Source of the DNA: Pristiophorus japonicus
Lineage: Eukaryota
Direction of reading: 5' to 3'
Length of the DNA: 64,000 bases
Assembly (NCBI RefSeq): GCF_044704955.1
Contig: NC_091999.1
Location: forward strand, 10,602,001 to 10,666,000
Positions 37,850-51,399 of the stretch are shown one piece after another. The notes under the pieces are model-generated. The model ran no database searches. It saw nothing but the letters and a program-made list of their open reading frames with translations, and was not told the origin of the DNA. Position 1 is the stretch's first letter, and every line of letters begins with the position of its first letter. The position numbers and the translations under genes were made by a program.

Positions 37850-38420
37850 GAAAACATAAGAACATGAGAAAATAAGAAATAGGAACAGGAGTAAGCCATT
37901 TGGCTCCTCGAGCCTATTCCATTCAAAACGATCATGGCTGATCTGATTCTGGCCTCAACCACAATTCTCCGCCAGATCCTCATAACCCTTGACTCCTTTA
38001 TCGTTCCAAAATCTTTACATCTCAACCTTAAATAAATCCAATGAACTGGACTTCACAGCTCTCTGAGATAGAGAATCTCAAAGATTCACGAATCACTGTG
38101 AGAAGAAATTCCTCCTCATTTTCGATTTAACTAGTAGAGTGGACAAGGGAGAACCATTGGACGTGGTGTATTTGGACTTTCAAAAGGCTTTTGACAAGGT
38201 CCCACACGAGAGATTAATTTGCAAAATTAAAGCACATGGTATTGGGGGTAATGTACTGATGTTGATAGAGAACTGGTTGGCATGCAGGAAGCAAAGAGTA
38301 GGAATAAACGAGTCATTTTCAGAATGGCAGGCAGAGACTAGTTGGGCACTGCATGGTTCAGCGCTGGGACCCCAGCTATTCACAATAAATATTAATGCTT
38401 TAGAGGAAGGAATTGAACAG
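37850..38420. mobile_element. Two CR1 fragments (3' end on minus; RT piece on plus)
   Basis: aacataagaacatgagaaa tail; VYLDFQKAFDKVPH. Confidence 0.85.
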
Positions 38421-41400
38421 TTTTAAAAGAGGCAGCTCGTGCAGAGCACGGAGTGCAACAGCACAGAGTGGCATTTGTGAGTTTGGTATGTGGGTGAGTT
38501 TTAAGGGCTATTCTCTTTAAACCATTTGGAGGCTGGAGTAAATTGTTAGTGGCAATTGCCACTAGCTTCCAAGTAAGTAGCAGTTTAATTTAAAGGGGAA
38601 AAGTTAAATAGTTGGTAAACTTTAAGGTTTAGGCAGAGAAAAACAAGGTAACTCTCCAATAGGAGGCAATTAGCAGCTAGTTAAAACCAGTTCTGTAAAC
38701 GTCAGACCAATAGTGAGTCATCTGACCTAGATACAGTTTAAAAAGAGGCAGCTCGTGCAGAGCACAGAGTGCAACAGCATAGAGTGGCATTTGTGAGTTT
38801 GGTAAGTGGGTGAGTTTTGGCAAGTGGGTGTGGCAGGTGGAGTTTTGTCTTGTTTTTCCTACCAGTGCTGATACTAGAGCAGCTGATAAGCAGTGTGAGA
38901 GTAGGAGATGGAGGCCCAGAGACCAGCCCAACCAGTTGCAGGCAAAGATAGAGGGGTTCGAAATCGAGAGGTGATGTCACATCCAAGCTGGTAAGTGGTT
39001 GGCGATTCGACTGGTAAGTATAACTCTCTTTTAGACTGACTTTTAGATTAGTTTAATTGGCTGCGTGCAAGTAAGTAGCTGTTTGGTGTTTAAGTAAATT
39101 TTAGTAAGTAAATTAATTTAAGGGTTAAGTCATGGCAGTAGAGCTCAGACCCCTGTCATTTGCCTCCTGTGCTATGTGGGAAGTCAGGGACGCTTCCAGT
39201 GTCTCTGACTACGATGTGTGCGGGAAGTGTATCCAGCTGCAGCTCCTGACAGACCACATGGCGGCACTGGAGCTGCGGATGGACTCACTCTGGATTATGC
39301 GCGATGCTGAGAATGTTGTGAATAGCACATTTAGTGAGTTGGACACACCGCAGGTAAGGGTTAGGACAGATAGTGAATGGGTGACCAAGAGGCAAGGCAA
39401 GAGCAGGAATGTAGTGCAGGTCTCCCCTGCGGATATCTCCCTCCAAAATAGATATACCACTTTGGATAATGTTGGGTGAGATGAATTACCAGGTGAAGAC
39501 ACCAGCAGCCAGGATCACGGCATCGTGGGTGGCTCTTCTGCACAGAAGAGTGGGAAAAAGAGTGGGAGAGCTATAGTGATAGGGGACTCTATTGTACGGG
39601 GATTAGATAGGAGTTTCTGCCTCAGCAACGGGGACTCCAGGATGGTATGTTGCCTCGCAGGTGCAAGGGCCAAGGATGTCTCGGAGCGGCTGCAGAGCAT
39701 TCTGGAGAGGGAGGGTGAACAGCCAGTTGTCGTGGTACATGTAGGTACCAACGATATAGGTAAGAAGCGTGAAGAAGTCCTCCAAGCTGAATTTAGGAAG
39801 CCAGGTGTTAAATTAAAAAGTAGGACCTCAAAGGTAGTAATCTCTGGATTGCTACCAGTGCCACGGGCTAATCAGAGTAGAGGGCGCAGGATAGTTAGAA
39901 TAAATATGTGGCTTGAGCAGTGGTGCAAAAGGGAGGGATTCAAAATACGAGTATATTGTGATCAGTTCAGGGGGAAGTGGGATCTGTACAAAAGGGACTT
40001 TCTGCATTTGGGCAGAATTGGAACTGATGTCCTCGGTGTAACATTTCCTAATGCAGTTCGGGAGTGTTTAAACTAATATGGCAGGGGATGGGAACCTATG
40101 CAGCGAGATAGGGTGAAGTAATATGGAGTCAGAAACAGATGTTAAAAAGGCAATAGTGGAAGACCGAGTAAACAAAGGCAAGAAATAAAAAAGGCCACAC
40201 TACATCATAATTCGAAAAGGACAACGGTTGTTAAGAAAAACAAGCCTGTAGGCTTTGTGTCTTCATGCAAGGAGTATCCGTAATAAGTTGGAAGAATTAA
40301 CTATGCAAATAGATGTTTGCAGATATGATGTGATTGGGTTTACAGACGCATGGCTCCAGGATGATCAGGGCTGGGAACTCAACATCCAACGTTATTCCAC
40401 AAGTCAGGAAGGATAGAATAAAAGGAAAAGGAGGTGGGGTAGCATTGCTGGTTAATGAGGAGATTAATGCAACAGTTCGGAAGGACATTAGCTTGGATGA
40501 TGTGGAATCTATATGGGTAGAGCTGTCGACACCAAAGAGCAAAACACGTTAGTGGGAGTAGTGTATAGACCTCCAAACAGTAGTAATGATGTTGGGGAGG
40601 TCATCAAACAGGAAATTAGGGGTGCATGCAATAAAGGTGCAGCAGTTATCATGGGTGACTTTAATATGGATATAGATTGGGCTAACCAAACTGGAAGCAA
40701 TACGGTGGAGGAGGATTTCCTGGAGTGCATAAGGGATGGTTTTCTCGACCAATATGTCGGGAACCAACTCGGGGGGAGGCCATCTTAGACTGGGTGTTGT
40801 GTAATGAGGGAGGATTAATTAGCAATCTCGTTGTGCGAGGCCTCTTGGGAAAGAGTGTGCATAAGATGGTAGAATTCTACATTAGGATGGATAATGAAAC
40901 AGTTAATTCAGAGACCATGGTCCAGAACTTACAGAAGGGTAACTTTGAAGGTATGAGGCGTGAATTGGCTAGGATAGATTGGCGAATGATACTTAAGGGG
41001 TTGACTGTGGATGGTCAATGGCAGATATTTAGAGAACGCTTGGATGAACTATAATAATTGTACATCCCTGTCTGGCATAAAAATATAAAAGGGAAGGTGG
41101 CTCAACCGTGGCTATCAAGGGAAATCAGGGATAGTATTAAAGCCAAGGAAGTGGCATACAAATTGGCCAGAAATTGCAGTGAACCCGGGGACTGGGAGAA
41201 ATTTAGAACTCAGCAGAGGAGGACAAAGGGTTTGATTAGGGCAGGGAAAATAGAGTACGAGAGGAAGCTTGCAGGGAACATTAAGTCGGACTGCGAAAGT
41301 TTCTATAGATCTGTAAGGAGAAAAAGGTTACTAAAGACAAACGTAGGTCCTCTGTAATCAGAATCAGGGGAAGTCATAACGGGGAACAAAGAAATGGCAG

Positions 41401-43140
41401 AACAATTGAACAAGTACTTTGGTTCGGTATTCAAAAAGGAGGTCACAAACAACATTGTGTATATAAAAGCGGCCAGAGGGTCAAGGAAGAAGGAAGGACT
41501 GAGGGACATCCTTATTAGTCGGGAAACTGTGTTGGGGAAATTGATGGGATTGAAGGCCGATAAATCCCCAGGGCCTGATGGACTGCATCCCAGAGTACTT
41601 AAGGAGGTGGCTTTGGAAATAGCGGATGCATTGACAGTCATTTTCCAACATTCCATAGACTCTGGATCAGTTCCTATGGAGTGGAGGGTTGCCAAATAAC
41701 CCCACTGTTTAAAAAAAGGAGGAAGAGAGAAAACAGGCACTTATAGACTGGTCAGCCTGACATCGGTCGTGGGTAAAATGATGGAATCAATTATTAAGGA
41801 TCTCATAGCAGCGCATTTGGAAAGAGGTGACATGATAGTTCCAAGGCAGCATGGATTTGTGAAAGGGAAATCATGCTTGACAAATCTTCTGGAATGTTTT
41901 GAGGATGTTTCCAGTAGAGTGGACAAGGGAGAGAGCCAGTTGATGTGGTGCATTTGGACGTTCAGAAGGCTTTCGACAATGTCCCATACAAGAGACTAAT
42001 GTGCAAAGTTAAAGCACATGGGATTGGGGATAGTGTGCTGACGTTGCTTGAGAACTGGTTGGCAGACAGGTAGCAAAGTGTAGGAGTAAATGGGTACTTT
42101 TCAGAATGGCAGGCAGTGACTAGTGGGGTACCGCAAGGTTCTGTGCTTGGACCCCAGCTGTTACATTGTACATTAATGATTTAGATAAGGGGATTAAACG
42201 TAATCTCTCCAAATTTGCGAATGAGACTAAGTTAGTGGCAGTGTGAGCTGCGAGGAGGATGCTATGAGGCTGCAGAGTGACTTGGATAGGTTAGGTGAGT
42301 GAGCAAATGCATGGCAGATGAAGTATAATGTGGATAAATGTGAGGTTATCCACTTTGGTGGTAAAAACAGAGAGACAGACTGTTATCTGTAAGGTGACAG
42401 ATTAGGAAAAGGGAAGGTGCAATGAGACCTGGGTGTCATGGTACATCAGTCATTGAAGGTTGGCATGCAGGTACAGCAGGCGGTTAAGAAAGCAAATGGC
42501 ATGTTGGCCTTCATAGCGAGGGGATTTGAGTATAGGGGCAGGGAGGCGTTACCCCAGCTGTACAGGGCCTTGGTGAGGCCACACTTGGAGTATTGTGTAG
42601 AGTTTTGGTCTCCTAACTTGAGAAAGGACATTCTAGCTATTGAGGGAGTGCAGCGAAGGTTCACCAGACTGATTCCCGGGATGGCGACTGACATATCAAG
42701 AAAAACTGGATCAACTGGTCTTGTAGTCACTGAAGTTCAGAAGAATGAGAGGGTATCTCATCGAAACGTTTTAAATTCTGATGGGTTTAGACAGGTTAGA
42801 TGCAGGAAGAATGTTCCCAATGTTGGGGAAGTCCAGAAACAGGGATCACCGTCTAAGCATAAGGGTTAAACGATTTAGGACCGAGAAGAGGAGAAACTTC
42901 TTCACCCAGAGAGTGGTGAACCTGTGGACTTCTCTACCACAGGAAGTTGTTGAGGCCAATTGACTAAATATATTCAAAAAGGGGTTAGATGAAGTCCTTA
43001 CTACTAGGGTGATCAAGGGGTATGGCGTGAAAGCAGTAATGGGGTACTGAAGGTGCTGTTCAACCATGAACTCATTGAATGGCGGTGCTGGCTCGAAGGG
43101 CCGAATGGCCTACTCCTGCAAATATTTTCTATGTTTCTAA
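38420..43140 (+). mobile_element. Near full-length CR1-clade LINE (duplicated 5' UTR; ORF1 39132-40076 with Zn-finger-like and esterase domains; ORF2 ~40250-43050 APE+RT), inactivated
   Basis: ORF1 CAMW..CGKC and RAIVIGDSIVRG..HVGTND (one internal stop, same frame); ORF2 GVVYRPP, MGDFN, KSPGPDGLHPRVLKE, RPHLEYC; ttttctatgtttcta tail. Confidence 0.95.
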
Positions 43141-45410
43141 TATCCCCAATTTGAAGATGACACTAAGCTGGGTGCCAGTGTGAGCTCTGAGGAGGATGCG
43201 AAAACGCTGCAGATTGACGTGGGCAGGTTAGGTGAGGTGGGAAAATGCATGGCAGATGCAGTATAATGTGGATAAATATGAGATTATCCACTTTGGTGGC
43301 AAAAACAGCAAGGCAGAATATTATCTGAATGGTGACAGATAAGGAAAAGGGGAGGCGCAACGAGACCTGGGTGCCATGTTACATCAGTCATTTAAAGTTG
43401 ACATGCAGGTTCAACAGGCGGTGAAGAAGGCAAATGGTATGTTGGCCTTGAGTAAAGGAGCAAGGAGGTCTTACTGTAGCTCTACTGGGCCTTGGTGAGG
43501 CCACACCTTGAATAGTGTGTGCAGTTTTGGTCTCCTATTCTGAGGAAGTACATTCTTGCTATTGAGGGAGTGCAGCGAAGGTTCACCAGACTGATTCCTG
43601 GGATGGCGGGACAGATATATGAAGAAAGATTGGATCGAGTAGGCTTATATTCACTGGAATTGAGAAGAATGAGAGGGGATCTCACAGAAACATCGAAAAT
43701 TCTGACGGGATTGAACAGGTTAGCTACAGAAAGAATGTTCCCAATGTTGGGGAAGTCCAGAATCAGAGGTCACAGTCTAAGGATAAGGGAGAAGCCATTT
43801 AGGACCGAGATGAGGAGAAACTTCATCACTGAGAGATTTGTGAACTTGTAGAAATCTCTACCACAGAAAGGTGTTGAGGCCAATATGTTAGATATATTGA
43901 GAAGGGAGCTAGATGTGGCCCTTACAGCTAAAGGAATCAAGCTGTATGGAGTGAAAGCAGGAATGGGGTAATATAGTTGCATGGTCAGACATGATCATAT
44001 TGAATGGTGGCACAGACTCGAGGGGCCGAATGGCCTACTCCTGCACGTATTTTCTATGATTCTATGTTTAAATGGGCGACCAAATATTCTGAAACTATGC
44101 CCCCGAGTTCTAGATTCCCTAACTAGGGGAAATAATCCGCTCTGCATGTACCGTGTTAAGCCCCCTCAGAATCGTATATCTTTCAATGGACCACCTCCAA
44201 GTCATCGAAACTCCAATGAGTATATGCCCAACATGCTCAATCTTTGTTCAGAAGACAACCCCTTCATCTCAGGAATCAATCTCATGAAATATCTATGAAC
44301 TGCCTTCAGTGCAAGTAGATCCTTCGTTAAATACGGTGACCAAACTGTACACAGTGCTGAAGGTGTGATCTCACCAATAACCAGTTCAGTTGTAGCAGGA
44401 GTTGTCTGGTTTTATATTCTATCCCCCTCACAATAAAGGCCAACATTCCATTTGCCTTCATAATTACTTGCTCTATCTGTATGCTAACGTTTTTGAGTTT
44501 CCTGTACAAAGACCGCCAGAACCCTCTGTACCACTGCATTTTGTAATTTCTCGAAATTTAAGATGATAATTAGCTTTTTATTTTTCCCATCAAAGTCGAT
44601 AATCTCACATTTTCGCAAAATATACTCAATTGGTCAAATTGTTGCCTACTTAATTAGCCTATCTATGTTATTTTGTAGATTATTTGCTTCCTCCACACAA
44701 CTTGCATTCCCACTTATTGTTGTATAATTCGCAAATCTGGTTATGTGAAACTCGGTCCCTTCATGCAAGTAATTAATACAAATTGAAAATAGTTGAGGCC
44801 CCAGCAATGATCCTTTTGGCACCCCACTAGTTACGGTTTGCCAACGTGAAAATGAGCCATTTATGTCGACTCTCTGCTTTCTGTTAGATATCCAATCCAC
44901 TATGAACGTTAATATATTACCACCGACCCCGTGAGCTCTTATCCTGTGCAATAATCTTTTATTTAGCACCTTATTGAATGCTTTCTGGAAATCCAAATAC
45001 ACAACATCTACTGTTTCTGCTATATCCACCCTGCTCATTACTTCCTCAAAACAATGGAGCAAATTTGGCAAACATGAATTCCCTTGCATGAAACCATGCT
45101 GTGTCTGCTTGACTGTATGATGATTTTCTAAATGACCTGCTACTTCTTCCTCAATGATGGACCGCAGTATTTTCCCAATAACAGATATTAGGCTCACTGG
45201 GATATCGTTTCCTCCTTTTTGTTTCTCTCCTTTCTTCAATAGGGGCATCCCATTTGCAGTTTTCCAATCCACTGGGGCCTCACCAGAATCCAGGGATTTT
45301 TAGTAGTGTACATGCATTGGATCCACTATCTCTGCAGCCACCTCCTTTAAGACCGTAGCATGCAAGACATCTGATAAAGGGAACTTATCCACATTTATTT
45401 CCATTAGTTT
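43140..45410. mobile_element. Additional CR1 fragments (plus 43140-44070; minus 44070-45410)
   Basis: QFWSP..EGVQRRFTR; YLDFQKAFNK..GVPKGSLLGP. Confidence 0.9.
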
Positions 45411-46867
45411 GCTGTGAGACGCAATGGCATTTATTCCTGTTTGCTGCAAGAGATTAGAAGTAGATTTTTAGAATGATGGAAAGGCTTGAGCGGATGAATT
45501 ACCTACTGCTAATTTCCTACTGCTTTATTATGTTGAGATACAGAAATAAATATAATCAATATTGTCCCAATTTTCAAAATTACGTTATATAACAACATGT
45601 TCTCATTTAGGATATATGATCCTACTTCACAATGTTGATTATTTGCCAATATGAGGATTTGGTGTTTAACAACCTACTGAATGAAGGAATACTTAAAGAG
45701 TAAAATGTCATTTTCTTCCCATTGTTATTCAAAGTCCGATCAACTCGCCGCAAGTATCAAAACTAACAGAAACAACTCGGGCTGTGCTCGGCCCTTTTAA
45801 CAGCTGATATCCCATGGTCACAGGCCTGAGTCAGGGGTCACAGACCGCACCAGGAAACGACCTGTGACCCCTGACCCTGAATCAATGGGTGAAACAGCCA
45901 ATCAATGCGCTATAACGTGAAAAAGGCTTGTGGCGTCATCCACTGCCGGGCACAACGGCAGGCAGCATTGTCTGACTTACAGTCCGTCATGTCTGTGTGA
46001 CGTAACACATTGTGAATGTCTTCCGTTCATGTACATTACATGGCTCGATTGAAACGAACAGTTACGTCAATTTACAGGAAAATACGTTTGGTATCTTAAT
46101 CGATAAAAGAGAAATACACAGTTGTCGCTGGAAAGGTTGGTGAGGTGCGTACGTGTGAACATTTCTCCCAGAGTACAGCGGGAAGCGTGTCACAGATAGT
46201 GGGTTTTCTCTGCCGATGTGAATTGTGGGAGCCGCAGCTCTCCATGGGCCGGACATCAACCGAGCGAACGCGGCAAAAGAAACATTTTTGTCGTGAGAAA
46301 GATATTCTTTACACAGAAGCAGCTGATACTGTGCAAAAGCTACACGAGTTATTTTAATAGGTAAATTGGATATGGATCTCTAAAGAGGATTTAGAAGGTT
46401 GTGAGGAGCGAGAAGGGAATTGCAGACTGGATGGAGTTATTCACTCCCTGAAATACCGAGCCCGGTGTCAGCGGGAACAGGACGGCCAAATAAGATGAGA
46501 TTCGAGAGGAGGATGGCCCCGCATCGCTGGTGTCGGGGAAGAGCTATTGGGGCAAATACAAAATTTAATCATCAACTGCAGCTGTTCCCAAACAATTCCA
46601 TCCACCCCCTTTGTAAGTGTCGTTAATTTTTCCCTCCCTTAACCAACTGTCCTATTAAACCACAGGACACATCATGCCAGAACTCCAGCAGTTTAGAAGA
46701 AAATGATTGCTGCACCACCAAAAAAGCCGTACAGTACTCATGTCTGATTAGAAATATCTGGAGATGTTCCCCGCGCCAGGAGGAGCCGAAGGAATCCGAT
46801 GAGGCGGCAAAAGATACGCAGTGAAACTTCGGGGAAAGGGTGCGAAGGTCTGAAGGTCAATGATGGG

Positions 46868-47925
46868 AAAACAGAGACAGCGTCTAGTGTAATACAAAGA
46901 GAGACAGAGTCTAGTGCATTAATTACTGAGACTGCGTCTAGTGCAATACAAACAAAGACAGGCTCTAGTGTAATATAAACAGAGACAGGGTCTCATGTAA
47001 TATAAACAGAGACAGGGTCTAGTGCAATATAAATAGAGACAGCGTCTAGTGCAATAAAAATAGAGACATGGCCTCCTGTAATATAAACAAAGACAGGTTC
47101 TAGTGTAGTATAAAAAGAGACAGGGTCTCGTGCATTCGAAGCTGAGACTGGGTCGAGTGCAATACAAACAATGACAGGGTCTAGTGTAATGTAAACAGAG
47201 ACAGGGTCCAATGTAATATAAACAGAGACAGCGGCTAGTGTAATACAAACAGAGACAGGGACTTGTATAACATAAACGGAGACTGGGTCTAGTGTAATAT
47301 AAACAGTGACAGGGCTTGGCATAATATAAACACAGACAGGGTCTGGTGCAGCAATAACTGAGCAGGGCCTAGTGCAACATAAACAGAGACAGGGTCTAGT
47401 ATAATATAAACAGAGACAGGGTCCAGTTTAATATAAACAGAAACAGCGTCTAGTGTAACACAAACAGAGACAGGATCTAGTGCATTAATAACTGAGACTG
47501 CGTGTAGTGTAATATAAAAAGAGATAGGGTCTGGTGCAGCAATAACTGAGGAGGGCCTTATGCAACATAAACAGAGACGCGGTCTGGTGTAATATAAACA
47601 GTGACAGGCCTTGGCGTAATGTAAACAGAGACACGGTCGAAAGCAGTAATAACTGAGATAGGACCTAATTTAATATAAACAGACACAGGGCCTCGTGACA
47701 TATAAACAGAGACTTGGTCGAGTGTGATGTAAAATGATTTAGGGTCTAGCGTAATATAAACAGCGATAGGGTCCAGTATGCTATAAAGAGAGACGTGCTT
47801 GAGTACCGTAATAACTGAGACATGGTCTAGTGCAATACAAACAGCGACAGGATCCAATGTAATATAAATAGAGACATGTTCTGGTAGAGTAAGAACTGAG
47901 ACAGGGCTTGTGTAATATAAATTGA
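46868..47925. repeat. ~27-bp minisatellite (AAACAGAGACAGGGTCTAGTGTAATAT)
   Basis: Long run of degenerate units; the ORFs here are repeat artefacts. Confidence 0.93.
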
Positions 47926-48654
47926 TACATGTACTTGTGCACTAAAATCTGGTACAGGGACTTATGTAAGATCGACACAACTGTCTGTTTATGACAAACT
48001 GAAATATAATTTTGGATTGAAGAATTGTTACCATCCCCCATCGGACCACGCAGTGACATTGGACCACGAATTAGAGAGATAACGCCAGTTCACTGTCAGT
48101 CTCTTGTGCCACTCTGAAAAAACCTGTTGTTTGTGAATAGACTCTTGACCTAAATACAAAGCTATGTGCGGTGATAATAAACAGAACTGTTTATGGGAAA
48201 CCCCAGCTGTCACCTGTGAAACCTCTAAACTATCGGAGCTGTAAGTTTTGGCCAGATATGATGTTTTGGAACACCATCCATTGGCGACAGGAGATGAAGC
48301 GAATCCGCTCTGTGAAGCATTGATTCTCAATTTATAAAGAACATTGCTGCCTGATTAATCTGGATTATTATTATGCCATCTTATTACTGCTATTATTTTG
48401 TTAAGATTATGAATGTAACCTCTGCCATTTAATTTTCCTGGTTTTGCTGCCTCGCTGTTTACATTAATTCTGAAATTGCATGTTGCAGTTTTTAACTATG
48501 CCCAGGTCACTAACACAAATACGCGTTCATTTGCATAAACTAGATGGATTTCACGTTAATAATAGCACTATTCATAATTATGGAATGTTAATTTCGTATA
48601 AATGGAAGTCATCCGAAATTCCTAATCATCCAATATTGAGACCAAGCAATCTTT

Positions 48655-48915
48655 CATCAAACACTCGCAGGGCAGGTATAACAAGCTTTTGATTCAGAGA
48701 AATCTCCCTAAGCATTGTCCCATGAAAACTCCCAGAGCAGGTACAGCACGTGTTAGATAAAGAGTAAAGCTGCCTCTTCACTGTCCCATCAAATAGTGCC
48801 AGGGCAGCTGGAGCACGGGTTAGATACAGAGTAACCCCCGCAAACTCCCTCCGTCCCTCCCATTCTGAACTATCCAAATAAAGACTCCCAAGGCAAGCAC
48901 AGCACGGGGTAAGTT
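48655..48915. repeat. ~64-bp degenerate tandem repeat (aacactcccagggcaggtacagcacgggttagatacagagtaaagc...)
   Basis: About 4 units. Confidence 0.7.
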
Positions 48916-49159
48916 AAGCTTCTGCCTGGATCAGAGTGTAATTTGGGTGAAATTGTGAAAACAAAACTTGCATTTCCAACCAAAACAATGAATCTTATTT
49001 TTAATCTGTTAAAACTAAAAGCATCGATGACGTCCTTTAATCATTTGAAGTACCCTCTTGCTGATTTTACATGTATCATACTCGATTCAGATACCCGTGG
49101 TCTCCTCACTCCCCACGATGAGTGAGTTCCGATACAGGCTCCTCAGCTCTTTGTTTTAC

Positions 49160-49470
49160 ATTGTCTCACTGCAGTGCAACACACCGTGGTATCAGACAGC
49201 ACCGCCGCTTTCATGGTGAGAGTGGTGCAGAATTTCTCACGGTCCATAGAATTTTAAACCTGGCCTGAACTCTTTCCTTTCTGAAGATGGAGCTGGGTTA
49301 CGTTGGAGACTGATTGGTGAATTGTCAATACCACAATAGAAAAAAAATTGTAGCGAATGTAGTTTTGTGATCAAGCAAAATGGTTGTCTTTTGGTTTCCC
49401 GACACACAGATATTTCAAATCTCACTGAGTGACAAGGAGCTGCTGCCAAAGCAGGAATAAGAATTAAACT
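49160..49470 (-). pseudogene. Highly degenerate TCR V pseudogene
   Basis: HKTTFATIFFLLWY*QFTNQSP and TTLTMKAAVLSDTTVCCTAVR; RSS decayed. Confidence 0.65.
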
Positions 49471-49764
49471 GAAAATACATGCAAGGAGTTTGTAATAAAA
49501 TGGGTGGATATGGGAAGATTGGACGAATCTATCTAGCTATCCATCTATCCATCTATCCACTATTGTACAATCAAACATAGAAAACCTTAGTTAATACGGT
49601 TTGATGCACTATGTTGGTAGTTACAGCTATAAGATATCGTTATTTTACCAGGTGGATGTTTAAACATGTGAAAGTACCATTTCTAAAGGACTTGATTCGG
49701 GGAATGGTTGATGGTGCAGCGGAAAGACGACAACAAAGAAGATATTGTGCATATAGCCGCTCTT

Positions 49765-50163
49765 CCCATCACCGTCTATAGAGATGGTGTTGGAGTTATT
49801 CGCTCGGTCAAAGGACAATTTGTAGCGCCCTGTGGTCTCAGTCCCCTGATATATGGAGCTGATAAATGTTGGCGGCCCTGTTAGTGGTTAGTGCTTGCTT
49901 GTACCAGAATACGGTATCCGGAGCACCAAACGAGGGCCGGCAGTCCAGTTCAGCCCATTCTCGTTCCCGAGACACCACATGCTGAGGATGTGAGCTCCGA
50001 TCCTCGCATCTAACGGCTGTAAACAAAACAAAGTCACTCACCAAAGACAAGGTAATATGAAATTGCTAAAACCAAGGCGTCTGATCGCATAAATAAACTC
50101 ACACAACATCATCAGCACCATTGCTCCAACTGGAAATTGGTCATTGCGGAGGTTCCTGTTCAT
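49765..50163 (-). pseudogene. TCR V pseudogene, 3'-truncated
   Basis: gtgagt donor; gtttacag acceptor (exon starts 50016); ELDC..DTVFWYKQ, then a frameshift to TGRYKLSFDRANNSNTISI; no YYC or RSS; perfect CRE TGACGTCA at ~50334-50341. Confidence 0.7.
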
Positions 50164-51399
50164 GACGATAAAGTTGACAGAAGTAGGTCAATTAGGGTCT
50201 GATTTCCACAGTGGACCGTGTTGCCGAATCCCAGAATTTCAATTATGATGACGGGGCTGTGACCGGAGGGCTTTACTTTCGCCCTGGAAGTGTGACATTA
50301 TCAGCATTCGGCCTATTATTGGATGTTGTCACCTGACGTCATTCACAGACCGACTCGTGGATTGGCTCTCTCTCAAAACAATGAACTCTTGAACCATCAC
50401 TGGAATGCCTCTGACAGCTATGTGTAACGAAAGATTAAATTGTTCAACAATATTTCATCTGTGTTGCATTTCTAACTCTAGTAGTCATCGTGGTCTTAGA
50501 ATCATTGAAGTTTACAGCTTGTTCCAAACTTTCTAAACTCCGAACTCTTTTTCCTCCTTTACTCCTTTAAATGAATATTTACCTCGTTACCTTAACGTCC
50601 ATGTGATCTCTGGTCTCGATGCTTTCGTTATCTTAGACAAACAGAAACGGCATTTTTTGATTGTGCTTTCAGTCCTGGATCAACGTGAAAACTCCTGACG
50701 GACAGGAGCGGCACTTGGTGGTAGTTTCGGGTAAAGGTGTATTTGTCGAATTTGGCAAACAAAGTATTCACTCCCAGAATTATTTGGATTGTTTTCTATT
50801 TGTTTTACTGTAGAAGAGTATGTTCACTGCAGGGGGAAGTTAGACCCCCGTGGATCTAAATAACGTAGTAACTTCCATTTTCATTTATTTCATTTGAAGT
50901 AACACGAAATAATAAAACTCAAAACAGCATATAATTCATTCGCTGGATGCCTGCGTCGCAGTCGAGGCCAGCATTAATTGACCATCCCTGGTAGGTTCCT
51001 AAATGATTATTTAATAATATGACACCACCATATTTGATGTATCCCAAGTAAATCATGGTTTCTGAATAAAATCCAGTCCCTTAAAGTGCCGACCCCACTA
51101 ACCATTACTATAAGCCTGTATATCTTTTTCAGGTGATACTAAATGACAAAAATATAATTCAAAATGTTTGTTTCTCAAGGGAGACTGAAGATGGTGAGAA
51201 TAAATATCCTGATCTCGATGATTGAGAGGAATGAAAATAATTGTACAGGTTGTATCACAGTTTGCCTCAGTGTGCATCTTCGCACAGTACTACAGCCCGG
51301 AGTCTAAAGTCGTGGCTTTCCGCACACCGAAAATATTATAACCCCTCTCTCTGTCAACAAAAAAATCAAACTACCCACTCTCGTCAGTTGTATTAGCCT

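Noticed and set aside
39132-40076. Host esterase gene
   Set aside because: It is ORF1 of a CR1 LINE, directly upstream of APE-RT and carrying an internal stop.
46868-47925. CRISPR-like array or Cys/Tyr-rich protein
   Set aside because: Contiguous degenerate 27-bp units with no unique spacers, in a eukaryotic context.
49822-49838. CTCF-like GACCACAGGGCGCT
   Set aside because: It lies inside V-coding sequence (TGRY) and is explained by codons.
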